Positions 48,559 to 59,200 of a stretch of 64,000 nucleotides of DNA are shown in pieces. The notes under the pieces were generated by a model. It searched no databases and was not told the DNA's origin. It worked only from the letters and a program-made list of their open reading frames with translations. A program made the position numbers and the translations under genes. Source of the stretch: Ignavibacteriales bacterium (GTDB lineage: Bacteria > Bacteroidota > Ignavibacteria > UBA10030 > UBA6906); contig JBBIRR010000019.1 in NCBI GenBank assembly GCA_037441705.1, positions 1 through 64,000 on the forward strand, in the 5' to 3' direction. How positions within the stretch are numbered: position 1 is the first letter of the stretch; each line of letters begins with the position of its first letter.

Positions 48559-49929
48559 ATGCGCAAGACACTTACCGAGTCCACAGTCCTCTTTTTCAGC
48601 ATCATCAAATGGGTATTCCTCGCGACGGTCGCCGGCGGAGTTGTTGGTGTTGCAGTTGCCTTCTTCCTCAAACTTCTGACCTGGAGCACGGGAATCAGCA
48701 CACAATTTCCGGGATACTTCTGGTTCCTTCCTCTCTCCTTGTTCGCCAGTTCGGTGCTGGTGAACTATCTTGCTCCGGATGCTCAGGGCCATGGAACGGA
48801 GAAAGTCATCGAAGCCATTCACACGCGCGCGGGAAAGATTCCGGTGCTGGTGGTGCCGGTGAAGCTCGTCGCCACGATCCTGACGCTGGCCACCGGAGGC
48901 TCCGCGGGCAAGGAAGGGCCCTGTGCGCAAATTGGCGCGGGCTTGACATCGCTGTTCAGCGCCCTGCTGCGGTTTGATGAACACGACCGAAAGAAAATGG
49001 TCATCTGCGGCATCAGTGCCGGTTTCGCTGCGGTGTTCGGAACGCCGATTGCCGGCTCCATTTTCGGTGTGGAAGTGTTGTTCGTCGGAGCGATCATGTA
49101 TGATGTTCTCCTCCCGTCGTTCATTGCAGGAATCACCGCCTATCAGGTATCTTCCGCGCTCGGTGTGTCGTACTTCTACCATCCGGTGACGATCATGCCG
49201 GTCTTCTCCGAGGCGTTTCTGCTCAAAGTTGTACTCGCCGGAGTATTCTTCGGAGCCTGCGCAATCGTCTTGATTGAAATGTTGAAATGGGGAGAGAAGC
49301 TCTCGAGCCGCATGCGGATCCCGGAGCCGCTCAAAGGTATCGTCGGTGGGGTGTCCCTGGCAGGCCTGGCCGTCGTGTTTTCAACGAGCTATCTCGGCCT
49401 CGGGCTTCAGACCATCGAGTCCTGTCTCAAAGGAAACGATATCGAATGGTTCGCGTTCCTGCTCAAGCCGGTGTTCACCAGTCTTACGCTCAGCTTCGGC
49501 GGAAGTGGCGGCATCGTGACCCCGATTTTTTTTGTCGGTGCAACCGCGGGAGTGACGTTCGCTCACCTCCTCGACCTGAACACCGCTACATTTGCTGCGA
49601 TCGGGCTGGTGAGCGTCCTGGCCGGCGCCGCCAATACGCCGATTGCGGCCAGCATCCTCGCGGTTGAACTCTTCGGACCGCCTGTTGCCCCCTACGCAAC
49701 ACTGGCCTGTGTCGTCAGCTTCCTCATCACCGGGCACCGAAGCGTTTACCCCTCGCAAGTTCTCTCCATCTCCAAATCTCCGTCGCTGAGCGTCGAGTTA
49801 GGAAAGGAGATTGAAGCGATCCAAACGACGGTGAACATGAAACAAAAGGGGTCGCTCGCGCGACTTCTCAATCTCATCAAGCGTGTCGAACGGATTGTTG
49901 ATCGAATACAACGACGCGAAAACTTCTGA
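48559..49929 (+). CDS. ClC family chloride channel/transporter (no CBS domains)
   Basis: GSAGKEGP, FGTPIAG, GGSGGIVTP, AANTPIA; many TM helices. Confidence 0.88.
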   Translation: MRKTLTESTVLFFSIIKWVFLATVAGGVVGVAVAFFLKLLTWSTGISTQFPGYFWFLPLSLFASSVLVNYLAPDAQGHGTEKVIEAIHTRAGKIPVLVVPVKLVATILTLATGGSAGKEGPCAQIGAGLTSLFSALLRFDEHDRKKMVICGISAGFAAVFGTPIAGSIFGVEVLFVGAIMYDVLLPSFIAGITAYQVSSALGVSYFYHPVTIMPVFSEAFLLKVVLAGVFFGACAIVLIEMLKWGEKLSSRMRIPEPLKGIVGGVSLAGLAVVFSTSYLGLGLQTIESCLKGNDIEWFAFLLKPVFTSLTLSFGGSGGIVTPIFFVGATAGVTFAHLLDLNTATFAAIGLVSVLAGAANTPIAASILAVELFGPPVAPYATLACVVSFLITGHRSVYPSQVLSISKSPSLSVELGKEIEAIQTTVNMKQKGSLARLLNLIKRVERIVDRIQRRENF

Positions 49930-49934
49930 CCTCC

Positions 49935-50852
49935 TCACTCTTGCTTCCGGATTCTGATATTGCCGCCGGATGTATGAGCATAGATCACCTGGCCGCCGCC
50001 GTTAACGGTGCCGCGGATTCGACTCTCGCTGATTCTGCCGGTCATCGTGACGGGCAAGTCGCACTCCACTTCGCCGCCGCTGGTTTCCGCATCGAGAGTC
50101 GCTGCGATGCGTGCCGGAACAACGATGTCGATATTGCCGCCGGAGGTTTCGGCATGAATGCCCTTGTTCATCTCCGTCACCCTCACGGTAATGTTGCCGC
50201 CCGACGTTTCCGCACGTACCTTGCCCGCCACGGAGCCAAGGCTGATGTTGCCGCCGGAGGTGCTCACGTCAATGTCTCCCTTTATTTCGTTCATGCGAAT
50301 GTTGCCTCCGGACGTTTCCATTCGCAGAAGTCCCTCCACCCGCTCCGCGCGAATATCCCCGCCCGACGTCTCAAGATCAACCACGCCGCTGACATCACTC
50401 AAAGTGAGATTGCCTCCCGATGTTCCGCCATCGATCTTTCCTTTTACCGACCTGATGGTGACATCGCCTCCTGCAGTGCTCGTCGTAAGATTGTACGTGC
50501 TGGGGACTTTGATCGAGAAGGAGACGTCCACATCATCGCTTCCAAATCTCCACCAGCGTTTCGTGCGCAAGGATTTCCCGACCACCTCGACGCCCGTTGC
50601 CGTGGCGTTCGCCGTGATCTCGAATTCATCAACGTCTCGCTGGTTTCCCCGGACAAGTGCATGAACCGAAACTTCCTTCCCTCCTTCAACACCCACGATC
50701 TCGACGGAACCAAAATCCGTTTTCAGCGTAAGCGTCCCGCCGCTTGTTGCGGAAAACGTTTGATCGAATGTCTTCTCGCCGCTCTGCACAGCGGCAACGC
50801 TCATGATGAGAGCGGAGAGAAACACTGCTGCACTTCTGACAAAGCGTTTCAT
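49935..50852 (-). CDS. DUF4097 family beta-strand repeat protein
   Basis: Signal peptide; ~9 repeats of T(S/A)GG(N/D/E) with ~19-aa spacing. Confidence 0.85.
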   Translation of the reverse strand: MKRFVRSAAVFLSALIMSVAAVQSGEKTFDQTFSATSGGTLTLKTDFGSVEIVGVEGGKEVSVHALVRGNQRDVDEFEITANATATGVEVVGKSLRTKRWWRFGSDDVDVSFSIKVPSTYNLTTSTAGGDVTIRSVKGKIDGGTSGGNLTLSDVSGVVDLETSGGDIRAERVEGLLRMETSGGNIRMNEIKGDIDVSTSGGNISLGSVAGKVRAETSGGNITVRVTEMNKGIHAETSGGNIDIVVPARIAATLDAETSGGEVECDLPVTMTGRISESRIRGTVNGGGQVIYAHTSGGNIRIRKQE

Positions 50853-51045
50853 GGAAACTCCTTCTGGATGATGCGTGTCGGAAAGAACTCACACCTTTAG
50901 ACGGAAGCGTTCGGCAAAAGGTTGCATGGAACGATGTCGCGTGAGGCCGACCGACCGGCATGGCCCTGTCTGATCGCTTTGCATTTCCATCGGCTTTTCG
51001 GTACTTTTTTCAAAACAATTTCCACATGACCCAGAACGTCTCTCG

Positions 51046-52008
51046 ATGCCGTTGCCTGTTTTGTTTCTTCTTCTTGCTGTCATCTCCATGCGTTGTGTGA
51101 ACGACCAGCCGAAGGAGGTTCCTCCATCCCCACGGCCGAGCACTCCCCCGCCACGTACATCCCCGATTCCTGCATTCAGCGGGGAACGAGCATTTGCACA
51201 TCTCGTCAAACAAACCGAGTTTGGTCCGCGTCATCCGAACTCGGCAGGTCATCATGCCTGCCTTCAGTATCTCGCGTCCACGCTTCGCTCACTTGCCGAT
51301 GAAGTGCAGCTGCAGCCTTTCACGGCACAAGGGTACAATGAACCTCTGGCGCTGACAAATATCATCGCAAAGTTCAAGCCCCAGGAACAAGCACGAATCC
51401 TCCTCTGCGCGCATTGGGATACGCGGCCGCGCGCCGACAACGATCCCGACAAAAAACGTCGCGATCAGCCCATCCTGGGAGCGAACGACGGTGCCAGCGG
51501 GGTTGCGGTGTTGCTGGAAATTGCATCACTTCTCAAACAGCATCCCCCGCCTGTTGGGGTAGATATTGTGTTGTTCGACGGCGAAGATTACGGCTATGAG
51601 GGAGATCTTGCAAAGTATTTCCTCGGCTCGCGGTTCTTTGCAGCAAACAAACCTTCCGACTACAATCCGCGCTTCGGCATCCTGCTCGACATGGTCGGCG
51701 ATACGTTCCTCGACCTCTCGAAGGAGTATCATTCCACGCAGTACGCGCCGGACATCGTCAATCTTGTGTGGGGGAAGGCAAGGGAGTTAGGCTACACGCA
51801 GTTCCTCGATGAGATCGGCGAGGCGGTGAACGACGATCATTTGCCCTTGAACGAAGTGGGAATCAAGACCATCAACCTCATTGATTTCAACTATCCCGAT
51901 CCGACGAATCGCTTCTGGCACACGCACCGGGATACGCCGGACAACTGCAGCGCGGAAAGTCTCGAAGCGGTCGGCTCTGTGGTCACGCATGTCATCTACA
52001 CGCAGTGA
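51046..52008 (+). CDS. M28 family lipoprotein, probable glutaminyl-peptide cyclotransferase
   Basis: Lipobox-like SMRC; AHWDTR, GANDGASG, FDGED, LDMVG, DDHLP, WHT. Confidence 0.8.
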   Translation: MPLPVLFLLLAVISMRCVNDQPKEVPPSPRPSTPPPRTSPIPAFSGERAFAHLVKQTEFGPRHPNSAGHHACLQYLASTLRSLADEVQLQPFTAQGYNEPLALTNIIAKFKPQEQARILLCAHWDTRPRADNDPDKKRRDQPILGANDGASGVAVLLEIASLLKQHPPPVGVDIVLFDGEDYGYEGDLAKYFLGSRFFAANKPSDYNPRFGILLDMVGDTFLDLSKEYHSTQYAPDIVNLVWGKARELGYTQFLDEIGEAVNDDHLPLNEVGIKTINLIDFNYPDPTNRFWHTHRDTPDNCSAESLEAVGSVVTHVIYTQ

Positions 52009-52889
52009 ACACGCGGACTACCGACACCCGCATGATGCAGGCCTACACAGAAGTGGCAATCCGTGCCGATGAGCACCTGAAGGAACAGCTCATCGGCATT
52101 CTCTCCCAGTTGGGATTCGAAGGCTTCTGGGAGGACGGCCCCACGCTGCGCTCCTACATGAGCGCGGACCGATGGAAGGCAAGCATTCTTGCCGAAGTTG
52201 AACGCGTCGTGAAGATGCTTCATCATCCGAGCATGTCGCCAATGCCAACAGTGTCGTTCACCACCATCGAGAACAGGAATTGGAATGACGAATGGGAGAA
52301 AACCATTCACCCCATTCACGTGACCGACCGGATCGTCATCGCACCGACGTGGCAGAAGTACACGCCGCAGCCGAACGAAATCCTCATCACGATTGATCCC
52401 AAGATGTCGTTCGGCACCGGCTACCACGAAACAACACGGCTGGTCTTGCAACTCATGCAGCAGTACGTTCGGCCGGGGATGACGCTGTTGGATCTCGGCA
52501 CGGGAACGGGCATTCTCGCCATCTCCGGGATCAAACTCGGCGCAGCATCGGCGGTTGGCGTGGACAACGATGCATGGGCCTTTGAAAACGCGCTGGAGAA
52601 TGTGAAGCTGAATCACGTGGAGCAGAAAGTTCAGATTCTCCTCGGCGATGTGTCATCGGTTGCTGCGCGTCGCTTCGATCTGATCGCCGCCAACATCCAG
52701 CGCAGCGTGATCGAGCCGATGCTGCCGCAGATGTACGCGCTGCTTGCTTCGAATGGCATCATGATTCTTTCAGGATTGCTTCTGGAGGACCAACTTCCGA
52801 TCACACGCGCCATTCTGAGCTGCGGAGGCACGGTGGCAAAGACCGCACAGGAAAACGAATGGATTGCGCTCCTGTGCACGCGGACATGA
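52005..52889 (+). CDS. prmA: Ribosomal protein L11 methyltransferase
   Basis: NWNDEW, IDPKMSFGTGYHETT, LDLGTGTGILAI, ANI, LSG. Confidence 0.93.
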   Translation: MNTRTTDTRMMQAYTEVAIRADEHLKEQLIGILSQLGFEGFWEDGPTLRSYMSADRWKASILAEVERVVKMLHHPSMSPMPTVSFTTIENRNWNDEWEKTIHPIHVTDRIVIAPTWQKYTPQPNEILITIDPKMSFGTGYHETTRLVLQLMQQYVRPGMTLLDLGTGTGILAISGIKLGAASAVGVDNDAWAFENALENVKLNHVEQKVQILLGDVSSVAARRFDLIAANIQRSVIEPMLPQMYALLASNGIMILSGLLLEDQLPITRAILSCGGTVAKTAQENEWIALLCTRT

Positions 52890-53818
52890 CGCTCGCGGCG
52901 ATCGACATCGGCACCAATACGGTGCTGCTCCTCATTGGCCGCATCGACGCCTCGGGCACTATAATCCCGCTGGTTTACGAGCAGCGCATTCCGCGTCTCG
53001 GCAAAGGGGTGGACGCAGCGAAGAATCTCACACCCGATGCAATGAAGCGGGTGATTGATGTATTGCTGGAATTCAAAGCGATCTGCGCGAAGCATTCCGT
53101 AGAACATATCATCGTGTGTGGCACGAGTGCCGTACGAGACGCGCACAACCGCGAGGAGTTTGCTTCACTCATCTATTCAAAAACCGGATTTACGTTGGAG
53201 ATTTTGAGCGGCGAAGACGAGGCGTACTGGACATACCGCGGCGCGATCAGCGGTATCCCCGGCATCGGCCGCGCCACGGTGGTTGACATTGGCGGCGGCA
53301 GCACCGAAATTACGGTAGGAACGCAGCGGGACGTTCTGCACTCGACAAGCCTCGATGTCGGTTCCGTGCGCGTCACCGAGCGGTTCTTCAGACACGACCC
53401 GCCAACGGACGCGGAGCTGGAAGCGGCAATCGCTGCTGTGGAGGACGCATTAGCCGGCGCAGGCGCATTTGATTTTGCCGGCTCAACGCTTGTCGGCGTG
53501 GCCGGAACGGTAACCTCGCTCGCAATTCTTGCTCAGGACTTGTGGGAGTTCTCGCTCCACGCTGTGACCAACTACCGGCTGCGCTACGAAACGGTGGAGG
53601 CTCTCTTCCGTCGGCTTCGAACTATGTCGGCTCATGAGATTCGTCAGCTTTCCAACGTGATGGAAGGACGCAGCGATGTCATCATAGCCGGAACCCTCAT
53701 CCTTCGCGAGATCATGGCGCATTTCGGCTTCGATGAAATTGTGGTAAGCGAACGCGGCGTGAGATATGGGCTTCTGGTGAGAGCGTGGGAGAGGTGGAGT
53801 GAAAAAGCGAGAGGGTGA
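52886..53818 (+). CDS. ppx: Ppx/GppA family exopolyphosphatase
   Basis: AIDIGTNT, TSAVRDA.N, DIGGGSTE, GRSDVI, GVRYG; ATG 52886 overlaps the prmA stop. Confidence 0.88.
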   Translation: MTLAAIDIGTNTVLLLIGRIDASGTIIPLVYEQRIPRLGKGVDAAKNLTPDAMKRVIDVLLEFKAICAKHSVEHIIVCGTSAVRDAHNREEFASLIYSKTGFTLEILSGEDEAYWTYRGAISGIPGIGRATVVDIGGGSTEITVGTQRDVLHSTSLDVGSVRVTERFFRHDPPTDAELEAAIAAVEDALAGAGAFDFAGSTLVGVAGTVTSLAILAQDLWEFSLHAVTNYRLRYETVEALFRRLRTMSAHEIRQLSNVMEGRSDVIIAGTLILREIMAHFGFDEIVVSERGVRYGLLVRAWERWSEKARG

Positions 53819-53852
53819 GTGAAGGTTTTTTTGTCTTTTTATCTGATGGATT

Positions 53853-55685
53853 ATGAAATCATTTCGTGAACGATTGGGGAAGGAAGTCATCGTCTTCGAC
53901 GGCGGGGTGGGGACATACCTCTACGAGAAGGGAATCTTCATCAACACGTGCTTCGATGAGCTGAACCTTATCAATCCCGACATCGTCATGGAAGTCCACC
54001 GCGACTACATCAACGCGGGGGCCGATGTGATCGAGACGAACACGTTCGGCGCGAACCGCTTCAAGCTCGCTCCGCACGGGCTGGAGACGAAGGTGTATGA
54101 AGTCAATTTCAAAGGAGCGCAGCTCGCCAAGAAGGTTGCCGGCAGCACCACGCTTGTCGCCGGTTCGGTGGGGCCGCTCGGTGTCCAGATCGAACCGCTG
54201 GGGAAACTTTCCTACGACGAAGCAAAAGATGCCTTCAAGGAGCAGATCAGGGGTTTGCTGGATGGCGGCGTTGATTTGATCATCATCGAGACGTTTTCTC
54301 TGGTCTCCGAGCTGAAGCAAGCCATTCGTGCGGTGAAAGAGTTGAACACGGACGTCCCGATCATCGCTCAGGTCACAATCAACGACGACGGGAACCTGCT
54401 CAGCGGCGCGCCGCTCGAAACGTTTGTTCGTGAGGTGAGCGAATTCGCCGTGGATGCCATCGGCCTGAACTGCTCCGTCGGCCCGAAGGCGATGCTCGAC
54501 GCGCTCGAACACCTCAAGCCGCTGACGACCCTTCCGCTGTCCGTCCAACCCAATGCGGGCCTGCCGCAGAACATCGCCGGACGGAACATCTACATGACAT
54601 CGCCGGAATACATCGCCGAGTACTCCAAGCGCTTCATTCAAACCGGCGCTTCGATTGTCGGCGGATGCTGCGGTACCAATCCCGAACATATCAAAGCCAT
54701 CCGCCGTGCGGTGAAGGCGCTGCAGCCGGTGAAGCGCATGGACGTAACCAGCGCCGCGCTGAAGGTGACGGCGCCTGAGACGGTGAAGGTGTATCCCATG
54801 AGCGAGAAGTCGCGCCTCGCCAACAAGCTCGTGCGCAGAGAGTTCATCACCCTCGTTGAGCTGGTTTCGCCGAAGGGCGTCTCGCCGGTGAAAGAAGTGG
54901 AGAAGGCGCGCAGGCTCTTCCACTTCGGCATTGACGCCATCAACATTCCCGACGGGCCGCGCGCCTCAGCGCGGATGTCGGCGCTGGCGCTGGCCGTGAC
55001 GATTCATCGCAGCGTCGGGATCGAGCCGGTGTTGCACTTCGCCTGCCGCGATCGCAACGTGATCGGCATGCAGTCCGATTTGCTCGGTGCGTGGGCACTC
55101 GGCATTCGCAACCTCATTGCCATCACCGGCGATCCGCCGAAGCTCGGCAACTATCCCGACGCCACTGCGGTCTTCGATGTTGACGCCATCGGGCTTGTCA
55201 ACATCATCAACCGTCTCAATCACGGACTCGATCTGGCGGGCAACCCGATCGGCGAGCCGACGGGGTTCTGCATCGGAGTCGGTTTCAATCCCGGCGCCAT
55301 CAACCTCGATGAGGAAATCCGCCGCCTCGACTGGAAGATCGAAGCGGGCGCAGAGTACATCGTCACCCAGCCCGTCTTCGATGTGGGCATCCTCGAGCGC
55401 GCGATGCGCCGCATCGAGCATGTGAAACTGCCCGTGGTGGTGGGCATCTGGCCGCTTGTCTCCTACCGCAACGCGGAGTTCATGAACAATGAGGTGCCCG
55501 GCGCCAGTGTCCCGCCGGACATCATGGAGCGCATGCGCCGCACAACAACGAAAGAGGAAGGCTTTGCCGAAGGAGTGAAGATTGCAAAAGAGACGTTCGA
55601 CCGCATCAAGAACGAATTCGCAGGCGTCCAGCTCGCTGCCCCGATGGGCAGAATCGACGGGGTGTTCATGATCCTCGAAAAGTGA
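53853..55685 (+). CDS. yitJ: Bifunctional homocysteine S-methyltransferase / 5,10-methylene-THF reductase (YitJ-like)
   Basis: DGGVGT, ETNTFGAN, GLNC, GGCCGT; C-terminal CRDRN, TGDP, TQPVF. Confidence 0.88.
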   Translation: MKSFRERLGKEVIVFDGGVGTYLYEKGIFINTCFDELNLINPDIVMEVHRDYINAGADVIETNTFGANRFKLAPHGLETKVYEVNFKGAQLAKKVAGSTTLVAGSVGPLGVQIEPLGKLSYDEAKDAFKEQIRGLLDGGVDLIIIETFSLVSELKQAIRAVKELNTDVPIIAQVTINDDGNLLSGAPLETFVREVSEFAVDAIGLNCSVGPKAMLDALEHLKPLTTLPLSVQPNAGLPQNIAGRNIYMTSPEYIAEYSKRFIQTGASIVGGCCGTNPEHIKAIRRAVKALQPVKRMDVTSAALKVTAPETVKVYPMSEKSRLANKLVRREFITLVELVSPKGVSPVKEVEKARRLFHFGIDAINIPDGPRASARMSALALAVTIHRSVGIEPVLHFACRDRNVIGMQSDLLGAWALGIRNLIAITGDPPKLGNYPDATAVFDVDAIGLVNIINRLNHGLDLAGNPIGEPTGFCIGVGFNPGAINLDEEIRRLDWKIEAGAEYIVTQPVFDVGILERAMRRIEHVKLPVVVGIWPLVSYRNAEFMNNEVPGASVPPDIMERMRRTTTKEEGFAEGVKIAKETFDRIKNEFAGVQLAAPMGRIDGVFMILEK

Positions 55686-55749
55686 ACCACGGCTGGAATC
55701 CGACTGCCGACCATCACTCATCGATCACACTATTGAAAGGACAATCGTC

Positions 55750-56229
55750 ATGAGAACATCGATGCGCCGACTCATCGGGATCACCGGCATCGGACTGAGC
55801 TGGGCTGTTGCGTGGACTGTGTTCTTCGGTGTGCTTGCGCTGATCATCGGAATCATGCGCCCACAGGATATTGATCGCGGAGAAGGTCCTGCAGTCATCC
55901 TCCGGACCGGATTGCTCGTCGGCTTTGTGTCGGGGACACTCTTCGGAAGCATTCTGTCGTTCACCGAGTCCCGAAAGAAGATTTCCGATCTTCCCCTCCT
56001 CCGCGTTGCACTGTGGGGCATGATCGCCGGGGCTGCCTGGCCCCTGCTCACATACGTGGACGACCGCATGGTGTTCGTGTTGGCTCCTCTCGGAGCTTTC
56101 TGCGCCGCATCGGCATTAGCAGTTGCATCGAAGGCGGAATTGCCTGATGGACAGGCAACGCCGCTGAAGAGAGTGCTGAATGCGGTGATCGGGCGCCCGC
56201 TCCGTGCGGCGTGCGCATCGGAGGAATAG
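55750..56229 (+). CDS. Hypothetical membrane protein (~4 TM)
   Basis: AAGGA RBS; four hydrophobic segments. Confidence 0.6.
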   Translation: MRTSMRRLIGITGIGLSWAVAWTVFFGVLALIIGIMRPQDIDRGEGPAVILRTGLLVGFVSGTLFGSILSFTESRKKISDLPLLRVALWGMIAGAAWPLLTYVDDRMVFVLAPLGAFCAASALAVASKAELPDGQATPLKRVLNAVIGRPLRAACASEE

Positions 56230-56230
56230 T

Positions 56231-59200
56231 TCAGATTCGTTTCATTGAAAGCACTACCCGTGTTCCTTCATCTTTCACAAATTCAATCGTCCCCCTCAAA
56301 CGCTGTGCGCGCATCTTCATGTTCTTCACGCCGTGCCCCGACAGACGTTCTGCCCCGCTCCATCCCTTCCCATCATCGATGATAAACATGGAAAACCTGT
56401 CCGTGTCATTGCGGAGAATGATGGAAACGCTCGAGGCTTCTGCATGGCGCGCAATGTTGTTGATGGCCTCTTTGAAGATGAGATAGAGGTTTTCTCGAAC
56501 ATCAACCGGGAGTTTCTTCGCGGGGTCGAGTCCCGAATGAGCAAAGGTGAACTGAACGTCCTTCACTGCGAGCGTGCTTGCTGCGAAGTTGCGCATCTTG
56601 TCGAGAAGATGCTCAGCCGTGTCGTTGCGCGCATCGATCGACCAGACAATGTCGCTCATGGCGGTCACCAGCTCGCGGCTCATCCTGCCGATGTTCTTCA
56701 GGTAGGTGGTCATTTCTTGCGGCTCGATGCCTTCCTGAATCAACTCGCTCTGCAGGGAGATTTTGGTGAGCGACGAGCCGATATCGTCATGCAAGTCGCT
56801 GGCGATGCGTACGCGGAGTCGTTCAATTTCCAACAGTCGGTTGACGCGGTAGTTGTACAGCAACAGGCCGAACACGACCAACGCAACCAGCGCCGCACCC
56901 CTGAACCACCACGTGCTCCAGAACGGAGGAGTGATGGTGATGGTGAGTGACGTACCGGCTTCATTCCACACGCCATCTTTGTTTGCGCCGATGACGCGGA
57001 AGGTATACTTCCCGGGGGGCAGGTGCGTGTACCGGGCAAAGCGTCGTGCACCCCCCTCCACCCATCCTGTGTCCAGCCCCTCCAGTTTATATCTGTACCG
57101 GTTTCGATCGGGAGCTGTAAAGTCGAGAGCCGCAAACTCAAATGAGATGAAGTCCTGATCGTGGTCCAGCATAATGCTCTCCATCGCATACACAGCCCGC
57201 TCCAGAGGAAACGGCTTATCGTACACCTGAAACGATGTAAGCACGATGGGAGGAGGCGTGGCGATTGACGCAATACTATCCGGAAAGAACCCCGTCGCCC
57301 CATTCATACCGGTAAAGATGAGCATGCCTTCGCGCGTGCGGCAGTATCCGCCGGAAAGAAACACATCGCCATGCAGCCCGTCCACCACCGTTCGGTTTGT
57401 AAAGGTCCACGTGCGCGGATCGAGTCTGGCGATACCGCGATCCGTGCTGATCCAAAGATTACCGTGCCCGTCGGGCAGCACAGCCTTGACGAAATTGTTG
57501 GGCAACCCATCCTTCTCAGAGAATCGTTTGAAGGTTTTTGTTCGTGGATCAAATCTGTTCACGCCTCGTGCAAACGTGCCGACCCACAAGAACCCTTCGG
57601 AATCTTCCGTGATAGAATACACGTGGTTGCCGCTCAGCGATGCGGGGTCTCGCTCTCGTGATTGAAATCGAGTGAAGTTGTTGGATTGACGATTGAACCG
57701 AGCAATGCCACCGCCGAACGTTCCAACCCAAAGCGTGTTCTTGCTGTCTTCCACGACGCACCACACGGCAGGCCACGGCAGCGACGTGGAATCAGCAGGA
57801 CTGTGGGTGTAGTGTGTTGTCCTCATGGTTGACGGCTCGATGCGGAAGAGTCCGCCTTCGTTCAACCCAACCCAGATGTTGCCCTCATGATCCTGTGTGA
57901 TGCATTTGACTTCGGCGTTGATGGGGAGGGTGTTCTTTGCCCGCAGGGGAATCGTGGTGAAGCGGTTTGTTCGGCGATCGAATCTGACGAACCTCGCCCC
58001 CTCATTCGCCCATACGCCGCCGGAGCGATCGACACAAATCGCGAGCGTGCCGTAGCGCGGCGCATTCGGTGCGGAAAAGGCAGCGTAGGTTCCCGTTGTC
58101 GGATCGAAGACCGTCAGGCCCTGTTCATTCGTGCCGAACAAGAATCGTCCCGATGAGTCCTGCGCTACCGCATACACTGCCTCACCCGTGATGCCGGGCC
58201 GACGAGGTGTTGCCATCTTGAATCGAAAGAATGGATCGGTCACCGGCGTGTATTTGCTCAATCCGGCTCGGTACGAAGCGAACCACATACTGCCGGTCTT
58301 GTCCTCAAAGATACGTTCAACGCGGTTGCTGATGAGCGAACGAAGGTCGTCGGGATCGTGTTTGAAGTTGAGAAACGTGTCCGCCGCAGGAACGTAGCGG
58401 TAGAGCCCACCGTGAAACGTCCCAACCCACACATTCCCTTTGCTGTCTTCCTGTACATCGAGGATGATGCCGTCGACCAGATGCACGGGAGTTCGAAAGC
58501 GGCTGGCAAAGCTCTCGAGTACACCCGTGCTCGTGTTCAGCCGGTACGCGCCGCGCAGCGTTCCTAACCAGACATACCCCCGCCGGTCGGCACATAAGGT
58601 GATGATCTCGTTATCGATGGGCGCAAACAGTTTATCCTGCCGCGACGTGTACCGCCGCACAGCGTTCGATTCGGTGTCGTAGCTGAAAAGCCCTTCGGTA
58701 TTTGTTCCGATCCACCACATGCCCCACCGATCGATGCTCACGGATCTGATGGAAGTATGGGCGAGAAGTTTCCCCTCGTCGGTGTCATGTTCGAACCGAA
58801 CGAATGTGTCACGATCTGCATCATAGTGCCACAGGCCTGCGTTCGTGCAGAGCCACAACCGATTTTGGCGATCTTCAAAGATCTGCGTTGCATTGATCCA
58901 GGCCGCGCTGCCGTCGGGCCGCAAGGAGAGTTTGCATCGGGCAAAGGCGTTGCGCGTTGGGTCGTACTTGCACAGGCCTTTGTTGAGCGGAGCAACCCAC
59001 ACCGTACCATGCCGATCGGCATACACCGTGCTGATCAACGAGCCGGGCAGCGACGCCGAGTCATCCTCCTCTTCACGGAATACCATGAAGGTGTACCCGT
59101 CATAGCGGTTCAGCCCATCCTCTGTGCCGAACCAGAGAAAGCCGTGCTTGTCCTGAGTGATGGAACCGACGGTGATATTCGAAAGTCCTTGCCCGACGGA

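Noticed and set aside
49935-50500. Periodic GTTGCCGCC-like DNA repeats
   Set aside because: Explained by the TSGG protein repeats of the DUF4097 gene.
53819-53852. SAM or cobalamin riboswitch upstream of yitJ
   Set aside because: The intergenic gap is only 34 bp.
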